A program made the position numbers and the translations under genes. 64,000 nt of DNA, taken from the NCBI GenBank assembly GCA_964643955.1, contig CAZXUO010000001.1, forward strand, positions 78,314 through 142,313, in the 5' to 3' direction. Below are positions 29,393 through 38,519 of the stretch, in pieces. The stretch is from an uncultured Candidatus Saccharibacteria bacterium. Its GTDB lineage: Bacteria; Patescibacteriota; Minisyncoccia; Phycocordibacterales; UBA918. The notes under the pieces are model-generated. The model saw only the letters and a program-made list of their open reading frames with translations. It was not told the origin of the DNA and did not search any database. Within the stretch, counting starts at the first letter, position 1. Each line of letters opens with the position of its first letter.

Positions 29393-31840
29393 TTACTTAA
29401 AATCTTCAGCGGTGAAGGCGACAGAGTCGCCGAACTTGAGACTTCCGGCAATAATTTTTTCTGCAATCTTTTTTTCGACGACATCCTGAATGAGTCGACG
29501 CATTGGCCGTGCGCCAAACTGAGGACTGTACCCCTCCTGCGCAAGTGCATTGAGTAGCGCGTCATTGACGACGAGCGTATACCCTTTCTCTTTGATACGA
29601 GCAGAAAGTTCCGCGAGCATCAGCGTTGCAATCTGCTTTTGTTCATCTGACTTCAGCGGCTCAAAGATAATAACATCATCAAAACGGTTGATGAGTTCGG
29701 GAGCATAAAGCTTATCTGCGATAAGTGCATTAATGATCTCGTCTTTCTTCTCCGCAGGATTTTCCCCGCGCCCTACGATATCAAATATGAGCGAACTTCC
29801 TGCGTTTGAGGTCGCAATAATGATCGAGTTGCGCGCGTTTACTTTCTCTCCACGGCCATCAGTAAATATTCCCTCGTCAAGAATCTGGAGGAAAAGATTA
29901 TGGACGTCACGCGTTGCTTTTTCAAACTCATCGAGGAGCACAACTCCGTACGGATGCTCGCGCAGCATTACTGGAAGCGCGCCCGAAGATGCACTATCAC
30001 CCATAAGGCGCGAGAGCGCGTCAGCGCCGCTAAATTCGGACATATCGATGCGCGACATCTTTGATTCGTCTCCAAAGAAAACTGCTGCAAGCGCTTTTGC
30101 AGTTTCTGTCTTACCGACGCCGGTTGATCCAAGAAAAAGGAATGCGCCCATTGGTCGGTCTTTTGCGCCAACTCCCGCGCGTGCACGCCGCATTGCATTT
30201 GCAATCGCTTCGATTGCTGCATGCTGACCCACAACGCGCGCATGCAGCGTCTTTTCAAGATTCAAAAGCAGGTCACGCTCAGCTCCTCCGACGGGCCCTG
30301 TAGGGATGCCCGTCTTCCCTCCGATGTATGTTTCGACAAACTCCCGCGTGATGAGTACGGCGCCCTTTTGCTTTGCTACGGGCACAACCTCGACGAGAAG
30401 ATCGACCGCTTTATCGGGCATCACTCCCTCAACGATGTACCGATCGGCGCCCTCAGCGAGCGCGAGAATAGATGCGTAGGTAAATATCACACCATGTGTA
30501 GCCTCGTACCGGACAGCGACGTCTTCGAGAATACGCACAATGCCAGTAAGACCCGGAGACTCGATCCGTACGAGTTCAAAGCGCCCGACAAACTGCGGCT
30601 CACGTTCAATATGCTCGTGATATTGCGACGGATCGCTCGTTGCCACAATGTGCAGATCAGAAGAGGTGAGATAGCGATCAAGGATATCACCCGCATCAAC
30701 CCCGAGTGAAGCAGTGCTCGCGAAAAACTTTGCAATGTTTTCAATGACGATAATGATGTTGCCCGCACGTTCCGCCTGAGCAAACATTTTCATAAATGAA
30801 GCTTCAAACGTCTCTTTTGTTGGATGTGTCGCAATAAACGCTTCCCAGTCAAACAACATAAACTGCTTGCCAAGGGCCGACGCAACCGACTTTCCTTTTC
30901 GTATCTTCTCGTTTACTCGCACCAAAACATCCATTGTGCCAGCGCCTGCCTCGCCCACCACGAGGACATTTGCTTCTTTGGCACGAGACAATATCGTCTC
31001 TATCTTTACGATGGCCTCGTCACCATACGCAACATCGCCTGCAAGCGAAGAAAAGACTGTCGTGGTGCGGAGACTTCGTATATATTTCTGAAGTTCATAC
31101 GCAATGCCGTACGAAAAATCTTTTCCGAGGCCATTGATCGCACCGAGATTGTCTCTACTCCACCAGCGCGCTCGCTTCTTTTCCTCAAACGAAAGGCGCG
31201 CGGTCCACGCGAGCGCGCCACGATAGACTTCGTTTGTTACACCAAGCTTGAAAAGGAAATCACGCAAGCTCACATCATTTTCGTACACGAAGCGACCAAG
31301 ATGCTCCATTGTGAGAAACTCATTTGGCGGAATAGACAGTTGATCAGAAGAAAGTGCCGTACGAGTACTTTCACAATACTGATCAATAGCTTCATCAAAA
31401 ATCCCGCACCGGTACAAGATCTGCCGACCAACCGAAGATGAGAGAAACCCGAGGGTTACGTCAGTACGCGCGTGCGAGAGTGCTTCCGAAACTTCATACG
31501 TCATCCCTTCGGTATCGTGCTCGTCTTCGTGGAGAATTGATGCAACGCCACTAAAATAGCGCGACTGGTAGAAGAATATGAGCATTTTTACAAGTGCCAA
31601 AAAGCTCAATGCAATCATGAGTGCGCCAAGGTACACCGAATACGTGCCCTGAGGAGAAAAGAAGAGACTACGACTTTTTGGATCAGGATCAGTAATGAAA
31701 AAATACCCGAGTAATACCGCCAAAAAACCTACGGTAACAATCAGAGCGACCTGCACAATACGCCGCACACGTCGCGGAAATACACGATCGAGCATGAGTG
31801 CTCCACGGTATCGTATTAGTTCTGAGTCGATGCTTGTCAT
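29393..31840 (-). CDS. membrane-anchored Clp/Hsp100-family AAA+ ATPase with degenerate first nucleotide-binding domain
   Basis: Two N-terminal TM helices. D1 Walker A is GEAGAGTMD, with the conserved Lys-Thr replaced. D2 is intact: Walker A GSTGVGKTE, Walker B VVLLDEFEKA, sensor/arginine finger GARPMRR. No IGF/L ClpP loop and no long M-domain. Confidence 0.7.
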   Translation of the reverse strand: MTSIDSELIRYRGALMLDRVFPRRVRRIVQVALIVTVGFLAVLLGYFFITDPDPKSRSLFFSPQGTYSVYLGALMIALSFLALVKMLIFFYQSRYFSGVASILHEDEHDTEGMTYEVSEALSHARTDVTLGFLSSSVGRQILYRCGIFDEAIDQYCESTRTALSSDQLSIPPNEFLTMEHLGRFVYENDVSLRDFLFKLGVTNEVYRGALAWTARLSFEEKKRARWWSRDNLGAINGLGKDFSYGIAYELQKYIRSLRTTTVFSSLAGDVAYGDEAIVKIETILSRAKEANVLVVGEAGAGTMDVLVRVNEKIRKGKSVASALGKQFMLFDWEAFIATHPTKETFEASFMKMFAQAERAGNIIIVIENIAKFFASTASLGVDAGDILDRYLTSSDLHIVATSDPSQYHEHIEREPQFVGRFELVRIESPGLTGIVRILEDVAVRYEATHGVIFTYASILALAEGADRYIVEGVMPDKAVDLLVEVVPVAKQKGAVLITREFVETYIGGKTGIPTGPVGGAERDLLLNLEKTLHARVVGQHAAIEAIANAMRRARAGVGAKDRPMGAFLFLGSTGVGKTETAKALAAVFFGDESKMSRIDMSEFSGADALSRLMGDSASSGALPVMLREHPYGVVLLDEFEKATRDVHNLFLQILDEGIFTDGRGEKVNARNSIIIATSNAGSSLIFDIVGRGENPAEKKDEIINALIADKLYAPELINRFDDVIIFEPLKSDEQKQIATLMLAELSARIKEKGYTLVVNDALLNALAQEGYSPQFGARPMRRLIQDVVEKKIAEKIIAGSLKFGDSVAFTAEDFK

Positions 31841-31843
31841 ACG

Positions 31844-32230
31844 CTAAAACAAATATACGATTCCTAAAAAAATAAGATATGCGAATACGAACGGAGCAAC
31901 AAGCCAGAAAATAACGAAGGCAACAATGCCGGCAAACATCACTATGAGAATAATAAAACCGCAGAGAATGATCACGAGGCGCATAAGCGCGCCTACAATA
32001 CGAGTCATGATATTCACAACGAGTGCTTCGAAAAAGCGCTCGAGGCCATTTCGAACGTGGTATTCCTCCTGTACGCGCCGCCACGGAGAAAAAAGCGTTC
32101 GAAGCAGCATCGGAATAGAGAAAAAGTGGACCGCAAACCACATCAAGTTAGTCCAAATGGAGACGATGCTCCGAAACGCCGCACCGTAGTGCCAGCCGAT
32201 ATAATCGACCACGATAACACCGGGATTCAT
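31844..32230 (-). CDS. small integral membrane protein
   Basis: 128 aa with 3-4 hydrophobic helices. Confidence 0.4.
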   Translation of the reverse strand: MNPGVIVVDYIGWHYGAAFRSIVSIWTNLMWFAVHFFSIPMLLRTLFSPWRRVQEEYHVRNGLERFFEALVVNIMTRIVGALMRLVIILCGFIILIVMFAGIVAFVIFWLVAPFVFAYLIFLGIVYLF

Positions 32231-32285
32231 GTGCCCTTATTATACCCTCAAGTACCGTGCTCAAACAGCCACATCTGGAGATATA

Positions 32286-32855
32286 CTAGACCCTCAGTCC
32301 CCATGCGCTTGCGCTTGGCATACGCTCTTTGCGTGCAAGAAAAAACTGACTGAAACCAAAGCAGGCCATCAGAGCGGCAGCGATAAATCGGTACCAGACC
32401 CACACCTCGTATGAATACAAGCGCCATGCGAGCTCGCTACCAATTCCGCACACCAGAAAGAAAATTCCCCATCTGAGTGAGAGGCGCATCCAGCCGCGGT
32501 CGGTGATATCAAACATCGTCTCAAAGAGCGGCTTGAGTGCCGGCGTACCGCGCATATATCCTATAAACATCACGATTCCAAATACGCTGTTGTAAAGGGT
32601 GTACTCAAGTGCAATCCAAAAGGGATCATGCGTCAAAAGCGTAATGGCGCCAGAGAGAAGCACAAAGCTGCTCGCGATGAGTGAAAAAAGTGGCAAGCGT
32701 CGGTCACGCGAAAGTGAGACAAGTAATGAGAGCGTGGTCGCTGCCATGAGTGCCCATACCCCTGAAAAGAAATCCTCGAGCGTAGCAACGGCAAAAAATA
32801 CCACCACCGGGCCAAACTCGATACCCAACGAAACGAGAAAACGTCGCAGCGCCAT
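32286..32855 (-). CDS. inner-membrane protein, possibly intracellular septation protein A (YciB/IspZ)-like
   Basis: 189 aa with ~5 TM helices and a size/topology similar to the YciB family. Weak assignment. Confidence 0.35.
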   Translation of the reverse strand: MALRRFLVSLGIEFGPVVVFFAVATLEDFFSGVWALMAATTLSLLVSLSRDRRLPLFSLIASSFVLLSGAITLLTHDPFWIALEYTLYNSVFGIVMFIGYMRGTPALKPLFETMFDITDRGWMRLSLRWGIFFLVCGIGSELAWRLYSYEVWVWYRFIAAALMACFGFSQFFLARKERMPSASAWGLRV

Positions 32856-32860
32856 ACTTA

Positions 32861-33331
32861 TTATCGCAATACAACTGATCCGCTATCAAATTTCAAATCA
32901 AGAATGAGCTGGCCGTCGGGACTAAAATGATAACCGCTCGTATGTTCAAGCATCTGCACAAATTCTTGCTCTTGTGCTCCCTCACAGAATTTCTTTGTAA
33001 GACCAATAGGTCCGAACATAAGCTGTGTGCCATCTCGCGTGTATGTCCCGAAACCCGCATTGCAGTCTGTTGTTACTGAAAAATTCCCGTCTTCAGAAAA
33101 AGAGAGCGTAAAAGCATCGGCATTTCGCGGCGTGATGATGCGCTCGTCATTATAGAGTGACTCCTCCCACATCCATGTCTTGCCGGTAAGTGTCGGAGCA
33201 GTTGTCTCTGTTTCTTCCGTTTCCGTGACGGGCGCACCGCCTTGTTTTTCGTAGTAAATATAGTTATTTAAAAAGAAAAAACCGACAATGAGCGCAGCGA
33301 TGACGGCAAGTACAAAATATACAATTTTCAT
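32861..33331 (-). CDS. META domain (HslJ-like) secreted protein
   Basis: N-terminal TM plus META-domain features (LMFGPIGLTKKFCEG), paralogous to 28597..29355. Confidence 0.6.
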   Translation of the reverse strand: MKIVYFVLAVIAALIVGFFFLNNYIYYEKQGGAPVTETEETETTAPTLTGKTWMWEESLYNDERIITPRNADAFTLSFSEDGNFSVTTDCNAGFGTYTRDGTQLMFGPIGLTKKFCEGAQEQEFVQMLEHTSGYHFSPDGQLILDLKFDSGSVVLR

Positions 33332-33337
33332 ATCGAT

Positions 33338-33580
33338 TTATAATTTTTCAATTTCCTTTAAATCTTTGTCAGGAATGTAGAGGATAAACAGACCAAGTAC
33401 GATACCACCGATCGCTGTCCAGAGATGACTTCCGCTAAAAAAGAGAAGATCGATACCATCGAGAACATACCAGATACCGCGCCAGATCAATACAAGCCCC
33501 ACGACGACGAGGATATTTTTTGCAACATACCGCACCACTCCAAAACCACTTCGCTCACGCTGTTTCATATGATTCATCAT
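33338..33580 (-). CDS. small membrane protein
   Basis: About 80 aa with two hydrophobic helices. The likely start MMNHMKQ avoids overlap with the pirin gene. Confidence 0.3.
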   Translation of the reverse strand: MMNHMKQRERSGFGVVRYVAKNILVVVGLVLIWRGIWYVLDGIDLLFFSGSHLWTAIGGIVLGLFILYIPDKDLKEIEKL

Positions 33581-33584
33581 ACCA

Positions 33585-34313
33585 TCACCATGAGAGCGGC
33601 ACTTCGATAAGCAATATCTGCGCACCTCCTTTGCTTTCGATTAAGATATTCGGTTCTTCAGAAATACCAATCGCATCACGCGCAGAAAGCTGCTCACCGA
33701 GAACCTCGACCTCTCCTTCTATCGCAAAAAGGTACAAACCATGCGCTATATTTTTTAACTCATAGTCACATCGACCTTCCTTCCCGAGCACACCATACGA
33801 AATATACGCGTCTTGATGTACTAAAAGGCTTTTTTCCTGCGCATCAGGCGATACCAAAAGCACAAGTCCGTCATACTTCACATCAAAGCCGAAGGGATGT
33901 TGCGCATAGCGAGGAGTAATACCTTTTGATCGAGGCTCTATCCAAAGTTGAAAAAGTGCGAGTGGCTCATCGGCTGATGCATTTTCCTCGCTATGCACGA
34001 CACCCGTACCTGCCGACATCACCTGCACATCTCCTGCTGCGACGGTACCTGTATTCCCCATACTGTCTCCATGAGTCACGGTGCCTTTCATAACGATCGT
34101 CACAATCTCCATATCACGATGCGGATGCGCGCCAAAACCAGTACTCGGTGCAATGATGTCATCATTCAGTACTCGCAAAGCACCGAAGCACATCCTCGTA
34201 GGCTCGTACCAGCTCGCAAAGCTAAAACTATGGCGTGTCGTGAGCCATCCATGATCTGCACCGCCTCGCTCCTCTGCTCGATGAATAACTTTTTGCATAC
34301 CCGAAGTGTCCAA
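33585..34313 (-). CDS. pirin family protein (bicupin)
   Basis: Pirin N-terminal motifs (HPHRDMEIVTIVMKGTVTHGDSMGN ... GDVQVMSAGTGVVHSE). Confidence 0.85.
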   Translation of the reverse strand: MDTSGMQKVIHRAEERGGADHGWLTTRHSFSFASWYEPTRMCFGALRVLNDDIIAPSTGFGAHPHRDMEIVTIVMKGTVTHGDSMGNTGTVAAGDVQVMSAGTGVVHSEENASADEPLALFQLWIEPRSKGITPRYAQHPFGFDVKYDGLVLLVSPDAQEKSLLVHQDAYISYGVLGKEGRCDYELKNIAHGLYLFAIEGEVEVLGEQLSARDAIGISEEPNILIESKGGAQILLIEVPLSW

Positions 34314-34363
34314 AGTATAGCAAAAGCGCCCTGAGGGCGCTTTTGCATCATTTTGACCAGTCC

Positions 34364-34813
34364 CTACTCAACACCAATCACCTCTTGACCCGCTACATCG
34401 TTACCTCCATCTCCATACCATTGCTGCTGCCATCCCTGCATATCTGCGATCTCCTTATTTTGTGCAGCAATAATCGCATCTGCGAGGTCTTTTATTTCTT
34501 GATGTGCCGCATTTGTGCGCGCAAGCTCTGCCATCTCAACTGCACCCTGGTGATGCACGATCATTTCTTCGAGAAATGCTTTATCAAACTCATCTCCGCT
34601 TTTTTCGCGAAGTGCGTCGTTCATGTCTGCCATCATATCCGCCATACTCATGCCAGCATCGTCATGCATCATGGTGCCGTCGGCCATCATATGCTCCCCA
34701 CGTTCCTTTTTCTCACCATATCCTTTTCCATCTTTGTGGTCACCAATACTGTATCCAACAAAGCTGCCTATGATGAGAGCTACCAAACCAACCACAATGA
34801 GTTTTGTGTTCAT
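34364..34813 (-). CDS. DUF305 family protein (four-helix-bundle, putative copper-binding), membrane-anchored
   Basis: DUF305 signature (FDKAFLEEMIVHHQGAVEMA) in a Met/His-rich sequence with an N-terminal TM helix. Confidence 0.7.
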   Translation of the reverse strand: MNTKLIVVGLVALIIGSFVGYSIGDHKDGKGYGEKKERGEHMMADGTMMHDDAGMSMADMMADMNDALREKSGDEFDKAFLEEMIVHHQGAVEMAELARTNAAHQEIKDLADAIIAAQNKEIADMQGWQQQWYGDGGNDVAGQEVIGVE

Positions 34814-34848
34814 ATTCAGGAATGTAATTTCACTACGTTTATCGATGA

Positions 34849-36096
34849 CTAAAATTCACCCAATGCATCATCGATCAGATCTTCAGCTTCGTCAACGAGA
34901 TCGAGCGCTTCTTCTTCGTCGCCATCATCGAGGGCATCGCGAGCATCATCGAGAAGGTCTTCGGCTTCTTCGAGGAGATCTTGTGCATCACCAGTATCCT
35001 CACCGTCACTTTCTGCTTCGTCGTATGCATCCCATGCATCATCGAGCTCATCTTGTGCATCATCAATCGCCTCCTCTGCCTCGTCGCTATCACTACCACT
35101 TCCGATTGCATCAAGTGCATCATCAATCGTGTCTTCTACCTCATCAGCAAGATCCAATGCTTCGTCAAAATTTTCGTCATCAAATGCCTCCCATGCATCA
35201 TCGAGGAGATTTTGTGCATCTTCAAGTAATTCCTGCGCCTCATCAACATCCTCTCCATCATCGTCTGCATCTTCAATCTTTGATTCGGCAAGATCGATAT
35301 CTTCTTCAAGATTCTCGAGTCGTTCCTCAGCTGCATCTTCATCAGATTCTCCTCCTGCGTCTTCATATGCATCTTCCGCATTATCACGAGCGTCATCAGC
35401 TGCTTCGATTGCATCAGCATAATCACCATCAAAATATGCACGCATCGCTTCAAACAGATCATTCTTCGCGTCTTCGAGATTATTTTTTGCGTTTTCAATG
35501 CCTTCAGCACCTCCGTTGTCATCAATTTGTTCCTCTGCTTCCTCGATTGCTTCAAGCGCTTCTTCAATCACAGTCCGTGCACCTTTTTCATTTACAGCAG
35601 GTGTTGAAGCTGGATTTGAGCTACCGCCCGCATTCTTAAGCTTCTCCTGAAGCGCCGCAACTTGCGCAAGGAGTTTTGCAGCAAGATCAGTACCCGATGT
35701 TGTGCCGCCTTCTGAAGGAGTTGTAGGAGCTGGCGTTGCAGTACCGCTCGTGAGTGCCGTGTACTTAGCGCGAGATTGTGCGCCAAAGTAACCAATAGGA
35801 GGAGTGAGGCCATTTGCCTTTTGCCATGCAATGACTGCTTTTTGTGTCAGATCTTTAAACTGCGTCGTCTCACGTCCAGGAGACCCAACGCCACTTGTAG
35901 CAATGACAAACCCTGCGCCGTTGAGGTATTGCTGGAGACAACGCACATCCTCCCCCTCCATACCAAGTTCAAGATTGCGTGTAAAGGTACATGTCGCTGC
36001 ATGTGCAGACGATGGAAGACTAATAAAAAGAAATACTGCAGCAATTACAAAAAAACCACTGATAAAAACCCCTCGAGTTATTGATGCGAATGTCAT
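34849..36096 (-). CDS. secreted protein: peptidoglycan-binding domain followed by long acidic Asp/Glu/Ala repeats
   Basis: Signal peptide, PG_binding_1-like segment (CLQQYLNGAGF...QKAVIAWQKANGLTPPIGYFG), then ~250 aa of degenerate D/E/A-rich helical repeats (DDAxDAxDEA...). The 338-aa His/Arg-rich ORF on the opposite strand is a mirror artefact. Confidence 0.6.
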   Translation of the reverse strand: MTFASITRGVFISGFFVIAAVFLFISLPSSAHAATCTFTRNLELGMEGEDVRCLQQYLNGAGFVIATSGVGSPGRETTQFKDLTQKAVIAWQKANGLTPPIGYFGAQSRAKYTALTSGTATPAPTTPSEGGTTSGTDLAAKLLAQVAALQEKLKNAGGSSNPASTPAVNEKGARTVIEEALEAIEEAEEQIDDNGGAEGIENAKNNLEDAKNDLFEAMRAYFDGDYADAIEAADDARDNAEDAYEDAGGESDEDAAEERLENLEEDIDLAESKIEDADDDGEDVDEAQELLEDAQNLLDDAWEAFDDENFDEALDLADEVEDTIDDALDAIGSGSDSDEAEEAIDDAQDELDDAWDAYDEAESDGEDTGDAQDLLEEAEDLLDDARDALDDGDEEEALDLVDEAEDLIDDALGEF

Positions 36097-36133
36097 ACCT
36101 TTTTATTGTACCGCACACTTGAAGTCCACGTGC

Positions 36134-36694
36134 CTACATCTCCACAGAGCTTTTTTCGGATGATACTTCCGCATCTGGCTTTGCAATATTTTCTTTATAT
36201 TGCGCTGAAAGCAATCGATACGCATGTGAACGAAACGCGAGAAGTGTTACCAAAAGCCCTAAGATACCTGAGATTGAAAAGACGAGCGCGATACCTCGAT
36301 CAGCACCCGTACCAAACCAATCGCCAATGAGTGCGACGCCCGCACCTGTCGTCATAAACGGGATAAATACAAACTGTGCAATCGGGCCAATGAGAAATGC
36401 AGTGATCGGCATTGCTGCTGATTCGATACTTTGGGCAAATCCAAAAACACGCCCCTGCCGCTCGAACGGCACCAATGACTGAATGACGGTGTGCTCAGCG
36501 GCCTCAGCAAATGGAGCGAGCGTCATCCAGATCAACATGCCGACTCCAAGTAAGACGATCGACGGTTGAATGGTAAAAAAAATACACGTCGTCCAGAGCA
36601 CGACATTTACAAAAAACAGACTCCGCAGCGGTTGTGATCCAAGACCGTATCGAGCGATGTATGTGCTTCCAAAAATAAAACCCATACTCAACAC
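36134..36694 (-). CDS. MFS transporter-like half-size protein (6 TM), possibly truncated
   Basis: Resembles the C-terminal six-helix half of an MFS transporter (FERQGRVFGFAQSIESAAMPITAFLIGP). tatA begins 7 nt upstream, so no N-terminal half is encoded. Confidence 0.4.
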   Translation of the reverse strand: MLSMGFIFGSTYIARYGLGSQPLRSLFFVNVVLWTTCIFFTIQPSIVLLGVGMLIWMTLAPFAEAAEHTVIQSLVPFERQGRVFGFAQSIESAAMPITAFLIGPIAQFVFIPFMTTGAGVALIGDWFGTGADRGIALVFSISGILGLLVTLLAFRSHAYRLLSAQYKENIAKPDAEVSSEKSSVEM

Positions 36695-36700
36695 TGCAAA

Positions 36701-36877
36701 CTATTTTTTCTTCGTATCTCCACCTTGTTTCGGCTCATCTACATCTTTAAATGCGCTTCTCATGTGTTTTATAGCGTCAACAAGGCTTTTTGCCAACTCA
36801 GGAATTTTTTTAGCACCAAAGAGAAGGATGAGCAGTATCGCGAGTATTATCAGTTCTTTCGTTCCAAGTCCAAACAT
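36701..36877 (-). CDS. tatA: Sec-independent protein translocase TatA/E (58 aa)
   Basis: Manual translation: MFGLGTKELIILAILLILLFGAKKIPELAKSLVDAIKHMRSAFKDVDEPKQGGDTKKK, with the canonical TatA N-terminus and amphipathic helix. Not in the ORF track (<60 aa). Immediately downstream of tatC. Confidence 0.75.
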   Translation of the reverse strand: MFGLGTKELIILAILLILLFGAKKIPELAKSLVDAIKHMRSAFKDVDEPKQGGDTKKK

Positions 36878-36900
36878 GGTCGTGTCGTATTACTTAATAA

Positions 36901-37629
36901 TTATGATGTCTGTTCGCCTCTTACGCTGAAATCATTATACATGATAGTCGCCTCGTACATAACAAGAAGAGGTACCACCATCATTAGGAGTGATACACCG
37001 TCAGTGGGAGGAAGAAGCGCCGTCGATAGAAACATAAAAAACACTGCATGACGCCTTTTCTCCTTTAAAAAACTCCCACTTAGTATGCCTACTTTTATCA
37101 AAAAGATGAGTACGATGGGAAATTCGAAAATGAGCCCCAGAAGCGCCGATGTAGAGATGATTTGAGATAAAAATACTCGAATATCCCAAAGATTTTCAAA
37201 ACCGAGACTGGTATTTATGTCTGCAAACGTTTGCATTGCATAGTACAAAATAGAAAAACTATACGTAAACCCAAACAAAAAAAGAAAAAGAATCAGTGGT
37301 AATAAGAAAAAGAACATTTTTTTCTCTTTTTTTCGTAGTCCGTTCCCAATAAATGCATACAGATGGTATAAAAAAACTGGCGCTGTGAGCAGAACTGCGG
37401 TAAATAAACCTGCATCCATCGCAAGATCAAGAAGCTGAAATGGTGAAGTTGCCGCCAACACAACATCTTCAAAATGAAATATACGAGTAAGGAATTTTAT
37501 GATAGGTATGAAGCATAGAAATCCAAACGCGAAAGTAATTACAAAAAATATCGTCAGGAAATAGATTCTCCCTGACAGATCTTCTAGATACGGCGAGTAT
37601 TCGTCAATTTTTTTCTGCAATTCATCCAT
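36901..37629 (-). CDS. tatC: Sec-independent protein translocase TatC
   Basis: 242 aa with 6 TM helices and the TatC family pattern (FLTIFFVITFAFGF ... LLPPTDGVS). Confidence 0.85.
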   Translation of the reverse strand: MDELQKKIDEYSPYLEDLSGRIYFLTIFFVITFAFGFLCFIPIIKFLTRIFHFEDVVLAATSPFQLLDLAMDAGLFTAVLLTAPVFLYHLYAFIGNGLRKKEKKMFFFLLPLILFLFLFGFTYSFSILYYAMQTFADINTSLGFENLWDIRVFLSQIISTSALLGLIFEFPIVLIFLIKVGILSGSFLKEKRRHAVFFMFLSTALLPPTDGVSLLMMVVPLLVMYEATIMYNDFSVRGEQTS

Positions 37630-37675
37630 ACTCGAGCTACTGTAGATTACAATCGTTTGCTAGACCGGAAGAATA

Positions 37676-37861
37676 CTATTCTGACATGATGAAAATATTA
37701 CCTCCCCCACCTTCATCCTCTGGTATCTCATGGACAATTTGCTGGCTACCGTCCGCATCGGTGAGGATATCTCCGAGAGAACCCACATAAACCACTGAGG
37801 GAAGTTCTACTAGAAAATCCTGACCTTCACCTTCTGAGAAATATATATCCGTAAATGCCAT
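37676..37861 (-). CDS. small acidic hypothetical protein (61 aa)
   Basis: ORF tightly packed between neighbouring genes; no motif. Confidence 0.3.
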   Translation of the reverse strand: MAFTDIYFSEGEGQDFLVELPSVVYVGSLGDILTDADGSQQIVHEIPEDEGGGGNIFIMSE

Positions 37862-37864
37862 ACA

Positions 37865-38519
37865 CTATACGCGCAATTTCCTCGTTACCTTTTTCTTCAA
37901 AAGACTGATGACCTCCTCCGTCGTAGTGGCCTCCGGTACTACATCTGGCGCTATTGGCGTAGTTGTGGCTTCAAAAATCTCGGAGATGCTTGGCAATATT
38001 GTGGGAGACGTCGAAGTACCCAAAACCTCAGGGGTCGTAGAAGATGTATCTGGTAGGGAAATCTCAGGAAGTTGAGGTGAAACATCTTCAGATTCCTCCC
38101 CACTCTCTTCAAAAAGCTCAACTTCATCTTCTACTACTGTCTCTGTTGTGGGGTTCTCTGCCTGTTCTTCCATTACTGTCTGCTCCACGGCCATAGCGTC
38201 CTGAAGAGATGCAGGCTCAAGCGAACCACTATTCATCTGTGAAAGTAATTCATTGGTCATACGAACGTATGAAGCTGCAGAATGCGTCGATTTTGGATCC
38301 AAGGCGAGAATTGCCAAACCAAGTTCTTTTGGTTCATTAAAATAGTAGACCATATTGCCATACTTCACATACTGCGCTTGATACGCCCCTCGTGAGAGCG
38401 ATGGATCAGCCGAATCGTAACATTCAATGAGAGCCATATCCTCATAACTACCGGTCGGCGATGCGACCTTAAGATTCGTATCCTCCATTAACGCGGCATG
38501 TTGTTCTATGTAAATCATA
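37865..38519 (-). CDS. hypothetical protein with acidic Thr/Pro/Glu-rich C-terminal half
   Basis: Likely start MIYIEQHAAL at ~38519, adjacent to the 804-aa gene; the track ORF extends further upstream and overlaps that gene. Confidence 0.4.

Noticed and set aside
34623-35639. 338-aa His/Arg/Leu-rich plus-strand ORF, and similar long antisense ORFs at 41964..43400 (-), 5159..5671 (+), 8224..8883 (+) and 17560..18213 (+)
   Set aside because: They are mirror-frame artefacts of low-complexity or highly conserved genes on the opposite strand (the acidic repeat protein, the repeat adhesin, uvrA, uvrB, gdh). None has a start context, and all overlap well-supported genes.
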